Shown here: in pieces, positions 9,131-20,279 of the stretch
Layout of the letters: each line of letters opens with the position of its first letter
How positions within the stretch are numbered: the stretch's first letter is position 1
NCBI GenBank assembly: GCA_040791665.1
Contig: JBFNNX010000026.1
Coordinates: 49,435 to 113,434 of the forward strand
Length of the DNA: 64,000 nt
Direction: 5' to 3'
Origin: Candidatus Thiodiazotropha sp.
GTDB taxonomy: Bacteria; Pseudomonadota; Gammaproteobacteria; Chromatiales; Chromatiaceae
Notes under the pieces: model-generated
Told to the model about the DNA's origin: nothing
Seen by the model: the letters and a program-made list of their open reading frames with translations, nothing else
Database searches by the model: none
Made by a program: the position numbers and the translations under genes

Positions 9131-10882
9131 ATGCGTGTGAGACAGGAGATTAGCCAGCTAGCCAAGGAGAGTCTCTCTTCTGAGGATGATACAGGTGCAC
9201 TCAGCTATATGGAGTACCCGCTGTGCGTCTCCCTGGTGGAGGGTGGGCGACTCAGCACAGCCGATGCCGAACGCGCGGTTCGCCTTAGAGAGAACCGGCA
9301 AAGTGACCGATCGATCGGCACCATTCTGTTACAGCTGGGTCTGATTTCGGACCGGGATCTTGCCATAACCCTCGCGACACTCTGCGGTGTGCCGGTTATC
9401 GAGAAAAAAGCCTATCCCGATCTTTCCCATATCAGCGAGAATATCTCTTCCAATTTCCTCAAGCAGCACCGCCTGGTTGTGTATGAGGAGCAGCCGGATC
9501 ATCTGGTGGCGATCATGGTCGATCCCACCGACCGTTATGTCATCGATGCGCTGGAACTGATCAGCGGCAAACAGATCAGGTTGGCAATTGGCATCGCCTC
9601 GGAGATCGATGAGGTGATCCAGACCCTGTTCAGTGAAATGCTCAAGGAGGAGAGTGGGGATAATGAGGCAGGCATGGCGCATCAGCTGCTGCTGGATGAT
9701 GTCGAGCAGCTCAAGGAACTGGCCAGCGAAGCGCCTGTCATCAAGATGGTCAACCAGATCATCCAACGGGCGGTCTCCACAAAGGCATCGGATATCCATA
9801 TCGAGCCGTTTGAAAACAGCCTGAAGATACGCTACCGCGTCGATGGACTGTTGCGGGAAACCGAAACGCCCACTGTCGATCTGGCGCCGGCATTGATTTC
9901 GCGCATTAAAATCATGGCCAATCTCAATATCGCGGAACGCCGTCTGCCGCAGGATGGGCGCTTCAAGGTCAGGATGCACGGTTCCACTCTCGATATGCGT
10001 GTCTCGACAGTACCGACGCTGCATGGCGAGAGCATGGTGCTCAGATTGCTGCAACGGGACCATGTCAATCTCGACTTTGCCAGTCTCGGTTTTGACAGCA
10101 CGATAGAGAAACGGCTCTTGGAGATACTGGATCGACCCCATGGCATTGTAGTGGTGACCGGGCCAACCGGTAGCGGTAAGACGACTTCACTCTACGCCGC
10201 GCTCAATTATCTCAATCGGCCGGAGCGAAAGATCCTGACCGTCGAGGATCCCGTGGAATACAACATCGAAGGTGTCAATCAGATTCAGGTCAAGCCGAAC
10301 ATAGGTCTGGATTTCAGTTCGGCGCTCCGCTCCATTGTGCGGCAGGACCCGGACATCATCATGATTGGCGAGATTCGTGATCAGGAGACCGCTCAGATCG
10401 CGGTTCAGTCGGCCCTCACCGGTCATCTGGTACTCTCCTCGCTACATACCAACGATGCTGCCGGCAGTATCACAAGGTTCCTCGACATGGGTATTGAGGC
10501 GTTCCTACTGACCTCAACGGTAAATGCCGTGGTAGCCCAACGTCTGGTTAGAAACCTCTGTCCCGATTGCAAGGCACCCTACGATCCACCGCCTGAGGTG
10601 GCGACACGTTTCGAACCTTTTCCCGGCAACGCCACGCTGTATCAGGCAGTAGGCTGTGAACACTGCAGCGGTAGCGGCTATCGTGGACGTAGCGCGATAA
10701 TTGAAATGATCGAGCTGACGGAGGGATTGCGCTCACTGATACTGCAGGGCGGGGATAAGAATGTACTGGCCGAATGCGCAAGACGCGAGGGTGCCCGTAC
10801 CATGTATGATGACGGCGTGCAAAAAGTGATGCGGGGTATCACCACCCTTGAAGAGGTGCTACGAGTCACTCAGGAGAGCTGA
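9131..10882 (+). CDS. gspE: Type II secretion ATPase
   Basis: Walker A GPTGSGKTT, TVEDPVEY, RQDPDIIMIGEIRD, GHLVLSSLHTND, and Zn-binding CPDC...CEHC. Confidence 0.95.
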   Translation: MRVRQEISQLAKESLSSEDDTGALSYMEYPLCVSLVEGGRLSTADAERAVRLRENRQSDRSIGTILLQLGLISDRDLAITLATLCGVPVIEKKAYPDLSHISENISSNFLKQHRLVVYEEQPDHLVAIMVDPTDRYVIDALELISGKQIRLAIGIASEIDEVIQTLFSEMLKEESGDNEAGMAHQLLLDDVEQLKELASEAPVIKMVNQIIQRAVSTKASDIHIEPFENSLKIRYRVDGLLRETETPTVDLAPALISRIKIMANLNIAERRLPQDGRFKVRMHGSTLDMRVSTVPTLHGESMVLRLLQRDHVNLDFASLGFDSTIEKRLLEILDRPHGIVVVTGPTGSGKTTSLYAALNYLNRPERKILTVEDPVEYNIEGVNQIQVKPNIGLDFSSALRSIVRQDPDIIMIGEIRDQETAQIAVQSALTGHLVLSSLHTNDAAGSITRFLDMGIEAFLLTSTVNAVVAQRLVRNLCPDCKAPYDPPPEVATRFEPFPGNATLYQAVGCEHCSGSGYRGRSAIIEMIELTEGLRSLILQGGDKNVLAECARREGARTMYDDGVQKVMRGITTLEEVLRVTQES

Positions 10883-10884
10883 GC

Positions 10885-12105
10885 ATGGCCTCGTTCCTAT
10901 ATAAGGCTGTCGATACGGACGGTAAGGTGGTGGAGGGAGAACTGCAGGCAGTCAGCCGCGATCACGCAGTCAACCAGATCCACCTCCAAGGACAGGTGCC
11001 GATCCGTGTCGAAGCGAATCAGCAGAAGGGCGGACGTTCGGCGCACAGAAGTTTTCAGCGCAAATCCGTCTCTGCTGAGCAGATTGCATCATTTACCCGG
11101 GAATTGGCGACATTGCTGAAGTCGGGACAACCCCTTGATGGCGCACTTTCGATCCTTGTTTCCATCGCAGGCGAGGATTCCCTCTTTAGCCAGCATCTGA
11201 CCAGTATCCGGGATAGCCTGAAGAGCGGCAACTCGTTTGCCGACGCTCTGGCAAAAGAGGAAGGGCTGTTCAATAATTTCTATGTGCAGATGGTAAGGGC
11301 TGGGGAGTCCGGCGGTGCATTGGAGAGTGTCCTCGCCAGGTTGGCGCTCCATCTGGAACGTGCCAAGGAGGTACGCAGTTCACTGATATCGGCGTTGATC
11401 TATCCGGCGATCCTGCTGTTTGTCGCGATTACCTCGATTCTGATCCTGCTGACCTATGTGATTCCCCAGTTCAGCGAACTGTTCAGTGACATGGGACAGG
11501 CACTACCCATGTCGACACGCATCACCATGGGCATTGCCGGATTTCTGCAGGATTACGGTTGGGTGCTGGCCCTGGCGGTGATATTGCTGATCTTCTATTT
11601 CAAGTGGCAGATGAGCCGCAAGGCGAGCGCCAAGCGATGGCATGCCAGACTGCTTGTGTTTCCCGTTATAGGACCCATCATCAGGCAAGTTGAAGCGGCG
11701 CGCTTCTGCCGGACCCTCGGAACCTTGCTTGAGAATGGCGTGCCATTGCTCAGATCCGTGGCCATTGTGAAAGATACCATCGGCAATCATGTTATTGCCG
11801 ATGGCATGGATCAGGTCGTAACCCATCTGAAATCTGGGCGAAGGTTGGCCGATCCGCTGACAGAGTATGCCCAGTTCCCGCCATTCGCCTTGCAGATGAT
11901 CCGGGTGGGTGAGGAGTCGGGACAGTTGGAACCGATGTTGATGCAGACAGCCGAGATCCTTGACCAGGAGACACAAACCCTGATCAAGCGTGCATTGAGT
12001 CTGGTGGAGCCGGTGATGATTCTGGTGCTAGGCCTGATCATCGCGGGTGTGGTGATGTCGATCCTGGTCGCAATCCTGGGTGTGAATTCGCTGGTTGCGC
12101 TATGA
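10885..12105 (+). CDS. gspF: Type II secretion inner-membrane platform protein
   Basis: FTRELATLLKSG, MVRAGESGG, YPAILL, GEESGQL motifs; follows gspE. Confidence 0.93.
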   Translation: MASFLYKAVDTDGKVVEGELQAVSRDHAVNQIHLQGQVPIRVEANQQKGGRSAHRSFQRKSVSAEQIASFTRELATLLKSGQPLDGALSILVSIAGEDSLFSQHLTSIRDSLKSGNSFADALAKEEGLFNNFYVQMVRAGESGGALESVLARLALHLERAKEVRSSLISALIYPAILLFVAITSILILLTYVIPQFSELFSDMGQALPMSTRITMGIAGFLQDYGWVLALAVILLIFYFKWQMSRKASAKRWHARLLVFPVIGPIIRQVEAARFCRTLGTLLENGVPLLRSVAIVKDTIGNHVIADGMDQVVTHLKSGRRLADPLTEYAQFPPFALQMIRVGEESGQLEPMLMQTAEILDQETQTLIKRALSLVEPVMILVLGLIIAGVVMSILVAILGVNSLVAL

Positions 12106-12112
12106 GGGACCG

Positions 12113-12616
12113 ATGAACGTAAAACTCAGTGACAAGCGGACATCTAAAGGTTTTACCCTGATCGAAGTGATGTTGACACTTGTGGTATTGGCTCTGCTGG
12201 TCAGCCTCACTCCACCGCTGTTCGAGAAGGCATTCCCCTCATTGAAACTCAAGGCGGCGACAAGGGATCTGGCCCAGGAGATCCGCTATATTCAACAGAC
12301 CGCAATTCTCACCGGCGTGCCTTCGAAGGTGCGGTTCGATATAGATAACAACGCCTACCAAAGCGATCACGTCAACAGTGGCGAAGTAAGGCACCTGCCT
12401 GAAGGATTGCAATTTACCCTATACAAATCCGCCACAACGACATTGGGTGAACCTGTTCTGGTATTTGAGTTCTTTCCGGATGGCAGCTCGACTGGAGGTA
12501 TTTTGATTCTCGATAACGGCGGACAGCGCTTTGCCATTGCTGTGGACTGGCTGACAAGCCGTGTCCGGGTCTTAGATCCCGAAGAGCTTAAAGCGAATGC
12601 CCCATACCAAGTCTGA
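12113..12616 (+). CDS. gspH: Minor pseudopilin GspH/FimT-like
   Basis: G-FTLIEVM prepilin motif. The body is XpsH-like (..ATRDLAQEIRY.., FFPDGSSTGG) and lacks GspG hallmarks. Confidence 0.8.
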   Translation: MNVKLSDKRTSKGFTLIEVMLTLVVLALLVSLTPPLFEKAFPSLKLKAATRDLAQEIRYIQQTAILTGVPSKVRFDIDNNAYQSDHVNSGEVRHLPEGLQFTLYKSATTTLGEPVLVFEFFPDGSSTGGILILDNGGQRFAIAVDWLTSRVRVLDPEELKANAPYQV

Positions 12617-12995
12617 AGGCATGTCGCTGATCGAGGTGCTGGTGGCGTTTGTCATTCTCAGCATGACCATGAGTGTGATTCTCAGGATCAATGCCACAAC
12701 CCTGCGTAACCACCAGGTTACGACCGACTATCTCAAGGCTGTCCGGATCGCCGAATCAAGGCTTGATCAAATGGCTGTCGATCGAATCAACAGCAACCTG
12801 AATGAACGGGGGAGTGAACAGGGAGGTTTCAGATGGCACTATCAGCGGCAGCCCTACAGCGGCTGGTCAGTTGAGAAAAAACTGGCGGTGCCTCTGCTGC
12901 CAGTTGAAGAGATGCTGACAATCCAATGGGAGGCGCCCGGTGGTGAAAGAAGGCTCACATTTTCACGTATAGGTCTTGTCCATGGCAAACCCTAA
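12597..12995 (+). CDS. gspI: Minor pseudopilin
   Basis: G-MSLIEVLVAF prepilin motif, 132 aa, operon position. Confidence 0.8.
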   Translation: MPHTKSEGMSLIEVLVAFVILSMTMSVILRINATTLRNHQVTTDYLKAVRIAESRLDQMAVDRINSNLNERGSEQGGFRWHYQRQPYSGWSVEKKLAVPLLPVEEMLTIQWEAPGGERRLTFSRIGLVHGKP

Positions 12996-13701
12996 ACGAA
13001 TTGTTGTTGCTCGACCGGTATGCATGTTCTCGACGACAATGGTTGGGATGGTGAAATTGCCGGGATGCCGAAGTGATGGTTTCACCCTGTTGGAGGTTAT
13101 GGTTGCAATGTTGTTGTTAGCGGTCATCATGACAACTTCGGTGACGATGCTGTTCGTCAACCTCAAAGGTTGGGAAGGTTTGACGGAGCACAGTGATGCC
13201 AGCCTGCAGGAACACCTGGTACAGAAAAGAGTGACTTCCATGATTCGGCATCTAGTACCCCTGGTCTGGCGAGATCAGGAGCAGCGTGTGTTGGCCTTGA
13301 GCGGGGACACACAACAACTACAATTCCTATCGAAGGCCCCGCGGCAGCATAGAGCCGGAGGCCTGTTCGAGTATCTATTGGTAGCGGAGAACACCCACGA
13401 TCAGGGGATCAGCCTGGTTCTCTATTTTACTCCCCTGGATCCGAACGTCTCGGAACTGACACTTCCTGATGGCGGGACTCGCCGGGTGCTGATTAGAGGA
13501 TTGGAAGCTGTAGATTTTTCATATTTCGGCAGCAAACAGGATCGGGAAACCGCCGGATGGCACAAGAGTTGGGAAGCGGAATCGGCACGCTATCCCGACC
13601 TGGTCCGCTTGAGCTTGCGTTATGCCGGTGATGAGGATGGCATTCAGGAGCGTTATTTCTGCATTCGCCAAAACTACCCCACGATTGTGCAGCGACAGTG
13701 A
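12982..13701 (+). CDS. gspJ: Minor pseudopilin (start uncertain)
   Basis: G-FTLLEVMVAM prepilin motif, operon position. Confidence 0.8.
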   Translation: MANPKRIVVARPVCMFSTTMVGMVKLPGCRSDGFTLLEVMVAMLLLAVIMTTSVTMLFVNLKGWEGLTEHSDASLQEHLVQKRVTSMIRHLVPLVWRDQEQRVLALSGDTQQLQFLSKAPRQHRAGGLFEYLLVAENTHDQGISLVLYFTPLDPNVSELTLPDGGTRRVLIRGLEAVDFSYFGSKQDRETAGWHKSWEAESARYPDLVRLSLRYAGDEDGIQERYFCIRQNYPTIVQRQ

Positions 13702-14576
13702 TGATGGCAAAGGTTCCACATCTCCGTCAGGATGGCTTCGCACTCGTACTGGTGCTTTGGCTTGTCGCCTTGTTGACCATCGTTGCCGCCAGCTTTACCA
13801 CCCATTCGAAAGTCGAGACCAGGCTCACAGGCAATGCGGTCGATGCGCTTCATTCGCGGTTGTTGGCGGAGAGTGGCGTCAACCGGGCAATTCTTGAGTT
13901 GGTGGTCAGCGATCCGGCGCAACGCTGGAACACTAACGGCCAGATCTACCAGCTTGGAACCGACCAGAACAGGGTCAATATATCCATCCGTAACTCATCC
14001 GGCCTGCTCGACTTGAACAAGGCGGCAAGGGATCAATTGGTCAATCTGTTTGCATTGATAACTAAAGATATTCAAGATCGTGAGGTACTTGCCGATCGAC
14101 TTACAGACTGGCGTGACAGCGACGATTTACGTCACCTCAACGGGGCAGAGGATGCGGATTATCGTAGTGCCGGCAATCCGTATACTACAGCGGGGCGTGA
14201 TCTGGTGAGTATCGACGAACTTGCTTATGTATTGGGATTTGATGCAGCCAAGGTTGAGCGATTGCGCCCCTACGTCACACTCTATTCCAATACACAAAAT
14301 GTGGATTACCGCTATGCCCCGGAAAGGTTGGTATCCCTGCTGAAAGGCGAGCAGGTGACCGGTGAAGTTCTCGCTGACGTGCTTGATTACGTTGACAGTG
14401 ACCTGGTGGATCTTGGGATGGAGGACACGGGTGGTCAAGCGGCCGCATCTGTCTATCGCCTATGGGTTGAAGCGACTTCGGCACAGGGCGCGAGAACACG
14501 ATTGTCGCTTGATGTCGACCTGAGAAGTCAGGACGACACACCATATTCCATTCGTTCCTGGCATGATTCGTTATGA
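13698..14576 (+). CDS. gspK: Minor pseudopilin
   Basis: G-FALVLVLW, LLDLNKA, DRLTDWRDSDD, SIDELAYVLG motifs. Confidence 0.88.
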   Translation: MMMAKVPHLRQDGFALVLVLWLVALLTIVAASFTTHSKVETRLTGNAVDALHSRLLAESGVNRAILELVVSDPAQRWNTNGQIYQLGTDQNRVNISIRNSSGLLDLNKAARDQLVNLFALITKDIQDREVLADRLTDWRDSDDLRHLNGAEDADYRSAGNPYTTAGRDLVSIDELAYVLGFDAAKVERLRPYVTLYSNTQNVDYRYAPERLVSLLKGEQVTGEVLADVLDYVDSDLVDLGMEDTGGQAAASVYRLWVEATSAQGARTRLSLDVDLRSQDDTPYSIRSWHDSL

Positions 14577-14602
14577 GCACCAAAACCCGTTAAAATCCTC
14601 TG

Positions 14603-15679
14603 ATGGCAACGCAATCCCTGAAATATCAACTAAGACATTTCTGGTTCTGGTGGAGTGGCGAAATCAGCATGCTGCTTCCGGAGAGGGTTCGTACGCTTCT
14701 TCGCGGCGGAAAACCTGCTCAACTGCTCTATAAGGATGAAACCCTGCGTATCGTCAACCAGGGTTTGAGCGGTGAAGAGGTTGTAGAGAACTATCTCCGG
14801 GTCATTGACTTCAACGACCCTGAACATAGAAGGGCACTCAATACCGCCAGTGAGATCAGGCTCTGTTTGGAGCCTAAAAAATATCTCTTCAAGAAGGTTA
14901 CTCTTCCTATCGAGACAGAAGAGAATCTGCGCGAAGTACTCGCATTCGAGATGGATCGACAGACACCGTTCAGTGTTGACCAAGTCTACTACGACTACGT
15001 TGTGAATAGTCGCGACAAGCAGAATCGTATGCTCGATATCACCTTGATTCTTGCACCGATCGATAAGATTTCACTGGCGTTGAAGCAGTTGGAGGAGAAC
15101 TATGTAAGAATCAACGCCATTTCTCCCTGTGAGGAGCTTGATCCGAATTTGAACGAAGTCAATCTCCTCCCCCCGGAGAAACGGGAGAAGCCCTACAAAC
15201 GCTATCGGTTGATCAACCTGACGCTGTTTTTGATCTTGCTGCTGTTGTTTATCGGGAACCTGCTACTCCCGTTATGGCAAAAATCCGCGTTGTTGAAACA
15301 ACTCGAAAGTGAACTGAATGAGTATAAGTCTAAAGCTACGCAGGTTGCTGCCCTGCGAGATCAGGTGACGTCGGCCAGAAATGAAAACCGCTTTTTGGAA
15401 GAGAAAAAACGAACGACCAAGTCGGTTCTCGACATACTTTTGGAATTAACCCTTTTGCTTCCTGATGATACCTGGGTGAGTAATTTCGAAATCAGGGATA
15501 ACATTGTTCACTTGCACGGTCAATCGACGGCGTCGGCTTCACTGATTCCGATTCTCGAAACCTCGAAGCTGTTCCAAAACGTAACTTTCAGATCACCGGT
15601 TACACGGAGCAAAAAGAACAACACGGAACGATTCCACATATCAGCGGAACTCGCTACTGACGGGGAGGGCAAGGGTTAA
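14603..15679 (+). CDS. gspL: Type II secretion protein L (PilN-like C-terminal domain)
   Basis: FWFWWSGE start, FEMDRQTPF, NLLP, TM segment, LLPDDTWV, FRSPV. Confidence 0.82.
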   Translation: MATQSLKYQLRHFWFWWSGEISMLLPERVRTLLRGGKPAQLLYKDETLRIVNQGLSGEEVVENYLRVIDFNDPEHRRALNTASEIRLCLEPKKYLFKKVTLPIETEENLREVLAFEMDRQTPFSVDQVYYDYVVNSRDKQNRMLDITLILAPIDKISLALKQLEENYVRINAISPCEELDPNLNEVNLLPPEKREKPYKRYRLINLTLFLILLLLFIGNLLLPLWQKSALLKQLESELNEYKSKATQVAALRDQVTSARNENRFLEEKKRTTKSVLDILLELTLLLPDDTWVSNFEIRDNIVHLHGQSTASASLIPILETSKLFQNVTFRSPVTRSKKNNTERFHISAELATDGEGKG

Positions 15680-16276
15680 ATGCACACCTCTCTGACTCAA
15701 AGGCAATCGCGCATTTTGGCACTCACCATTTTGATCTTGTTGCTGCTGGTGGTGCTGGCCTTGGCGATCTATCCTGCCTGGACAATGAACACGGCATACA
15801 ATGCACGCATCGAAGATACACAATTCCAGATACAACGCTATCAGCGAATTGCCAAACAGGATGATCGTTACCAACTGGAATTCAACAATCTCAAGCGGAA
15901 TCAGCAGTCTGACTTGCGCTATCTGCAAAGCAAGACCGACTCGTTGGCCAACGCAGAGCTTCAGCGAAGGATCAAACAGGTGGTTGCTGCAGGGCAGGGT
16001 GAAATCATAAGCACTCAAACTGCACAGATTTCCCATGAAGAGATGCTTAACAAAGTCGCCATTCGTGTCAGGATGAAGAGCAACCTGGAGAATCTCAAGA
16101 AGATAATGCATCAACTCGAGACGCAGAATCCCTATCTGTTTGTCGAAAACATCAGCCTTCGCAGCAGGCATCTTCCACGAAGAAGGCTGCCGAAAACAAA
16201 AGAGATCGCAAGAGAACTAAGAATGCTGGACATGGAATTCCTGGTGGCCGGTTATATCAAGAGCGGTGGTTTATGA
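15680..16276 (+). CDS. gspM: Type II secretion protein M
   Basis: One N-terminal TM, coiled coil, LETQNPYLFVENISL ferredoxin-like domain; follows gspL. Confidence 0.78.
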   Translation: MHTSLTQRQSRILALTILILLLLVVLALAIYPAWTMNTAYNARIEDTQFQIQRYQRIAKQDDRYQLEFNNLKRNQQSDLRYLQSKTDSLANAELQRRIKQVVAAGQGEIISTQTAQISHEEMLNKVAIRVRMKSNLENLKKIMHQLETQNPYLFVENISLRSRHLPRRRLPKTKEIARELRMLDMEFLVAGYIKSGGL

Positions 16277-16839
16277 GCAACTGGAAGCACAGTTTCAATG
16301 CCATGACTCTCTTGCTGTTGCTGACAATAGGTGTGATGGGCGGATATCTCTACTACCAATGGATATCCCCCTTAAATAATATGAACCCAATGGCCAGGCA
16401 AGCAGCCGACCAGGACAATTCTCAGGCAAGCGACGGTAAGGCAGCAGCAGTCGAATTCGTACCTATTTCGTTAAAGGCATATGAAGAGATAACAGAAAGA
16501 CCGCTGTTTGTCGAAGGCAGGTTGCCCCCGGCCGAGCCCGAGCAGAAAACCAGCGTGACCAGGGTGCCCCGCAAGCCGCTACGGCTTAAGCTGGAAGGTG
16601 TCGCAATGATGCCGGAAAACAAGGTGGCTATCATTCGCGACCTGGATACCAATGAACTGTTTCGCGTTTCCCAGGGCATGAACAAGAACGATTGGAAGGT
16701 CGAGGCTGTCAACAGTGAAAGCGCAACCATCACAAGAAAGGGTCAACGGCTGGTCTTGAGACTGGAAATCGATGACACTTCAACCAATAAGCGAAAATTA
16801 CCGATGAGAAAGCTGCCCTTCAGGCCGTCGAAACGCTGA
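16273..16839 (+). CDS. XpsN/GspC-like type II secretion protein (no PDZ)
   Basis: N-terminal TM, ITERPLFVEGRLP, LKLEGVAM, WKVEAV motifs typical of XpsN/XcpP-like proteins. Confidence 0.6.
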   Translation: MSNWKHSFNAMTLLLLLTIGVMGGYLYYQWISPLNNMNPMARQAADQDNSQASDGKAAAVEFVPISLKAYEEITERPLFVEGRLPPAEPEQKTSVTRVPRKPLRLKLEGVAMMPENKVAIIRDLDTNELFRVSQGMNKNDWKVEAVNSESATITRKGQRLVLRLEIDDTSTNKRKLPMRKLPFRPSKR

Positions 16840-16916
16840 TCCGTAAGAATGATATGACAGCATTTCCGATCTTGCACTGATGGATAACGCCTATCTCCTG
16901 AAATGAACAAAACTCT

Positions 16917-17408
16917 ATGAATGACAATAAAACGATTAATATTCTCTTCGTCTGCATGGGCAACATCTGCCGCTCACCCACTGCCCAGGGTGTGTTTCGG
17001 GACATGGTCGATAAGCAGGGGCTAAGTGAATACATCGCCACAGACTCAGCGGGTACCATCGATTATCACACAGGTTCCAAACCGGATCGCCGGGCGCGGG
17101 AAACGGCGCTCAGGCGGGGGCTCGATCTGAGCGACCTGCGTGCCAGGATAGTCACTTCGGATGATTTTGAACGCTTTGACTATGTCATAGCCATGGACCG
17201 ATCCAATTTCGCAGATCTTGAGGCACTCTGTCCGCCAGGAAGGGAAGATCGGCTACATCTGTTTCTGGATTTTGCACCACACCAACCCGTACGCGAAGTG
17301 CCTGATCCCTACTATGGCGGTGCTGCAGGTTTTGACCGGGTATTCGATCTGGTGGAAGAGGCATCCCGAGGTCTGTTGGAGAAGATCATGAGTCACCACT
17401 TCGTCTAA
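16917..17408 (+). CDS. Low-molecular-weight protein-tyrosine phosphatase
   Basis: CMGNICRS P-loop and DPYYG motif. Confidence 0.93.
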   Translation: MNDNKTINILFVCMGNICRSPTAQGVFRDMVDKQGLSEYIATDSAGTIDYHTGSKPDRRARETALRRGLDLSDLRARIVTSDDFERFDYVIAMDRSNFADLEALCPPGREDRLHLFLDFAPHQPVREVPDPYYGGAAGFDRVFDLVEEASRGLLEKIMSHHFV

Positions 17409-17478
17409 GGAGCTTTTTCGCCTGGAGTGATATATCGCTCACTGACATGCGGAGTGTCGACAAGTCCTGGACAGATAG

Positions 17479-17508
17479 CCTTGCTCCATCGTTATGGAGC
17501 AAGGTTTT
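17479..17508 (+). terminator. Intrinsic terminator hairpin between convergent ptp and rne
   Basis: CCTTGCTCCAT-CGTT-ATGGAGCAAGG, perfect 11-bp stem followed by TTTT. Confidence 0.7.
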
Positions 17509-17513
17509 GCAGA

Positions 17514-20279
17514 TCAATCTCCATTACCGGAGTCTATACTCTTCTCATTCGACTTTGGCTCCGGGGTGGCGGCATTGGCTGCTGCCTTGTCAGGCTGTCC
17601 CGTGACGGCAGCCTGACTGCTCTGTGGCACCCTCTCAGTCGTAGCCGGTTTGCCGGTTTCAGTGTCAGGTTTTGACGCCATCGGCTTTGTCGTCGGTTTT
17701 TCAATCCTATTAGCGGTCTCTATCTGCTGTAATTTCGGTGCTTCCGGTTTTTTTTCGGCTATTGTCTCTGGTGCCGGTTTTTTCTCTGCGGTTTTTCGTC
17801 GTTCCGGTTTTATTTCAGCAGTTGCCGGCGGGTTTTCGGAAGATACCTTCGGTTTCATATTCGCGGGCACTTTTTCACTCTGTTGTGGCTTGGTTTCAAT
17901 CTGAACCAATTTTGGGCCTGCCTCAGGTGTTTGTTTTTCCTGTTTGACTTTTTCCGGGGTGGCGGGTGTGGCGGCAGATCGCGGTGCCTGATCCTTTTCG
18001 GGTTTGGGTTTCGCTACCGGTTTCTGTTTTTCGGTGGTAGTCGGTTTGCTCGCATCAGAGCTGCTCTTGGTATCTTGCCTGGATTCACTCTTTCGTGGCG
18101 CTCGCTTCGGCTGACTCTTAGGTTCATCGATGTTTGCGTCTTTTGCCTTTGAATCCTTGTCATCGGATACGCCATCGGCAGTGGATTGTTCATTGGTTTT
18201 TTCCGCAGTCGTGCGGCGTCTGCGACCGCCTCGACGACCTCGACGCGATCCCTTGGGCTTTGGTGCCTCACCGTTCGCTTTATCAGCCTGAGTACTACTC
18301 TTGTCCTGAGGCTTTTTGTCCTTGGTCTGTTTTTCTGTTGTCTTGGCCGAAGATTTTTGGGGTTTGCGTTTACCGGTCGTGGATGCTTCCTGTGTGCGCC
18401 GTTCTGATCGTTCACCGCGCCTATTGTCACCGGTGCTACCTTTGCCGCGACTGGCTGCTTGTTTTTTGCGTCCTTTTCCTGCCGCTGTTGATTGGCCTCG
18501 GTCAGAACTCTGGCGCGGTTTGGCGCTCTTTTTGACTGGCTCCTCTCTGGTTGGCTCCACTTTGGCGGATTCATCCGACTTTGAGGTGAAAATACTGAAA
18601 ATTTTCTTCAAAAAGCCGCCTTCATTCGTCTCTGTCGCCTCGCGGGCAGGCTCACTTCTCTGTGGGGCGGGGCTTGCGGGTGCGATGGATTTTACTGCGG
18701 GTTTTTCAGCTTGCGGCTGTTTGGCCTTGCCGAAATCCAGTACCTCCTGCTCGCTTTCGTCTGTGACCATCTTATAACTCGATACCGCATCGTCATCCGT
18801 AGGCAGGTCATTCACCCGTACCCGCTCAATGGTGTAATTGGGGGTGTCAAGATGAATGTTGGGCACCAGTACGACATCGATGGATTGGCGTCTTTCGATG
18901 TCATGAATTGACTGTCGTTTCTCATTTAACAGAAAAGTGGCGATTTCGACAGGGAGCTGTGCAACGATACGGCCGGTATTCTCCTTCATCGCCTCTTCTT
19001 CGATGATGCGCAACACAGAGAGGGAGAGTGATTCCACTCCACGGATCGTGCCATGGCCCTTACAACGTGGGCATACCTGCTCGCTGGCTTCACCCAGTGA
19101 GGGGCGCAGACGCTGGCGCGACATCTCCAGTAGGCCGAAACGGGAGATCCTGCCGATCTGCACCCTTGCCCGATCCTGTTTAAGAGCCTCTTTAAGTCGA
19201 TTCTCGACCTCACGCTGGTTCCGCGAAGGGGTCATATCGATAAAGTCGATAACGAAAAGTCCACCCAGATCCCGTAAACGCAACTGCCGGGCAATCTCAT
19301 CTGCTGCTTCAAGGTTGGTATTCAGGGCGGTCTCCTCGATATCAGCACCCTTTGTGGCTCGCGCGGAGTTGATATCGATAGAGGTCAAGGCCTCGGTGTG
19401 ATCGATGACAATGGCACCGCCGGACGGAAGGCTGACTTCCCGCTGGAATGCCGATTCGATCTGACTTTCGATCTGATAGCGGCTGAAGAGCGGTACCTCG
19501 TCATCATAGTGGCGAAGCTTTTTGCTGTATTGAGGCATCACCTGATTGATGAAACGCTCGGCCTGACTGAAGACATCCTTGTCATCGATGACGATCTCGC
19601 CGATATCGGCACGCAGATAGTCTCGGATGGAGCGAATGATGACATTGCTCTCCTGGTAGATCAGGAATGGGGCTGGCTTCTCTGCGGAGTGTTCAATCGC
19701 TTGCCAAAGCTGGATCAGATAGTCCAGGTCCCACTGCAGTTCTTCGCTGTTCTTGCCGACACCTGCGGTGCGCACGATCAATCCCATGTCATCGGGGATC
19801 TGCAACTCGCTCATGGCTTCGCGCAGTTCGGTCCGGTCCTGACCTTCTATTCTGCGGGACACGCCTCCGGCACGGGGGTTGTTCGGCATCAGTACGAGAT
19901 AGCGTCCGGCCAGAGAGATGAATGTGGTCAGGGCAGCACCTTTGTTGCCGCGCTCCTCTTTCTCGACCTGGATAATAACCTCTTGGCCCTCTTTGATCGC
20001 CTCTTGAATATTGACCCTGCCTGAGGCGGACCTGGCTTTTTCGGTGAAGTAGGTCCTGGCAATCTCTTTGAGCGGGAGGAATCCGTGACGTTCAGAACCG
20101 TAATCGACGAATGCGGCTTCCAGACTGGGTTCGACGCGGGTAATGCGTCCCTTGTAGATATTGGCCTTTTTTTGCTCCCGGCCGGGGACTTCTATATCAA
20201 GATTGAATAGTTTCTGGCCATCAACGATGGCAACACGCAACTCTTCAGGTTGAGTTGCGTTGATCAACATACGCTTCAT
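17514..20279 (-). CDS. rne: Ribonuclease E
   Basis: [22 protein letters not shown]1 domain, [24 protein letters not shown], and a long disordered C-terminal region. Confidence 0.97.
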   Translation of the reverse strand: MKRMLINATQPEELRVAIVDGQKLFNLDIEVPGREQKKANIYKGRITRVEPSLEAAFVDYGSERHGFLPLKEIARTYFTEKARSASGRVNIQEAIKEGQEVIIQVEKEERGNKGAALTTFISLAGRYLVLMPNNPRAGGVSRRIEGQDRTELREAMSELQIPDDMGLIVRTAGVGKNSEELQWDLDYLIQLWQAIEHSAEKPAPFLIYQESNVIIRSIRDYLRADIGEIVIDDKDVFSQAERFINQVMPQYSKKLRHYDDEVPLFSRYQIESQIESAFQREVSLPSGGAIVIDHTEALTSIDINSARATKGADIEETALNTNLEAADEIARQLRLRDLGGLFVIDFIDMTPSRNQREVENRLKEALKQDRARVQIGRISRFGLLEMSRQRLRPSLGEASEQVCPRCKGHGTIRGVESLSLSVLRIIEEEAMKENTGRIVAQLPVEIATFLLNEKRQSIHDIERRQSIDVVLVPNIHLDTPNYTIERVRVNDLPTDDDAVSSYKMVTDESEQEVLDFGKAKQPQAEKPAVKSIAPASPAPQRSEPAREATETNEGGFLKKIFSIFTSKSDESAKVEPTREEPVKKSAKPRQSSDRGQSTAAGKGRKKQAASRGKGSTGDNRRGERSERRTQEASTTGKRKPQKSSAKTTEKQTKDKKPQDKSSTQADKANGEAPKPKGSRRGRRGGRRRRTTAEKTNEQSTADGVSDDKDSKAKDANIDEPKSQPKRAPRKSESRQDTKSSSDASKPTTTEKQKPVAKPKPEKDQAPRSAATPATPEKVKQEKQTPEAGPKLVQIETKPQQSEKVPANMKPKVSSENPPATAEIKPERRKTAEKKPAPETIAEKKPEAPKLQQIETANRIEKPTTKPMASKPDTETGKPATTERVPQSSQAAVTGQPDKAAANAATPEPKSNEKSIDSGNGD

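Noticed and set aside
17514-18800. K/P/E/A-rich low-complexity stretch and overlapping ORFs
   Set aside because: This is the normal intrinsically disordered C-terminal scaffold of RNase E.
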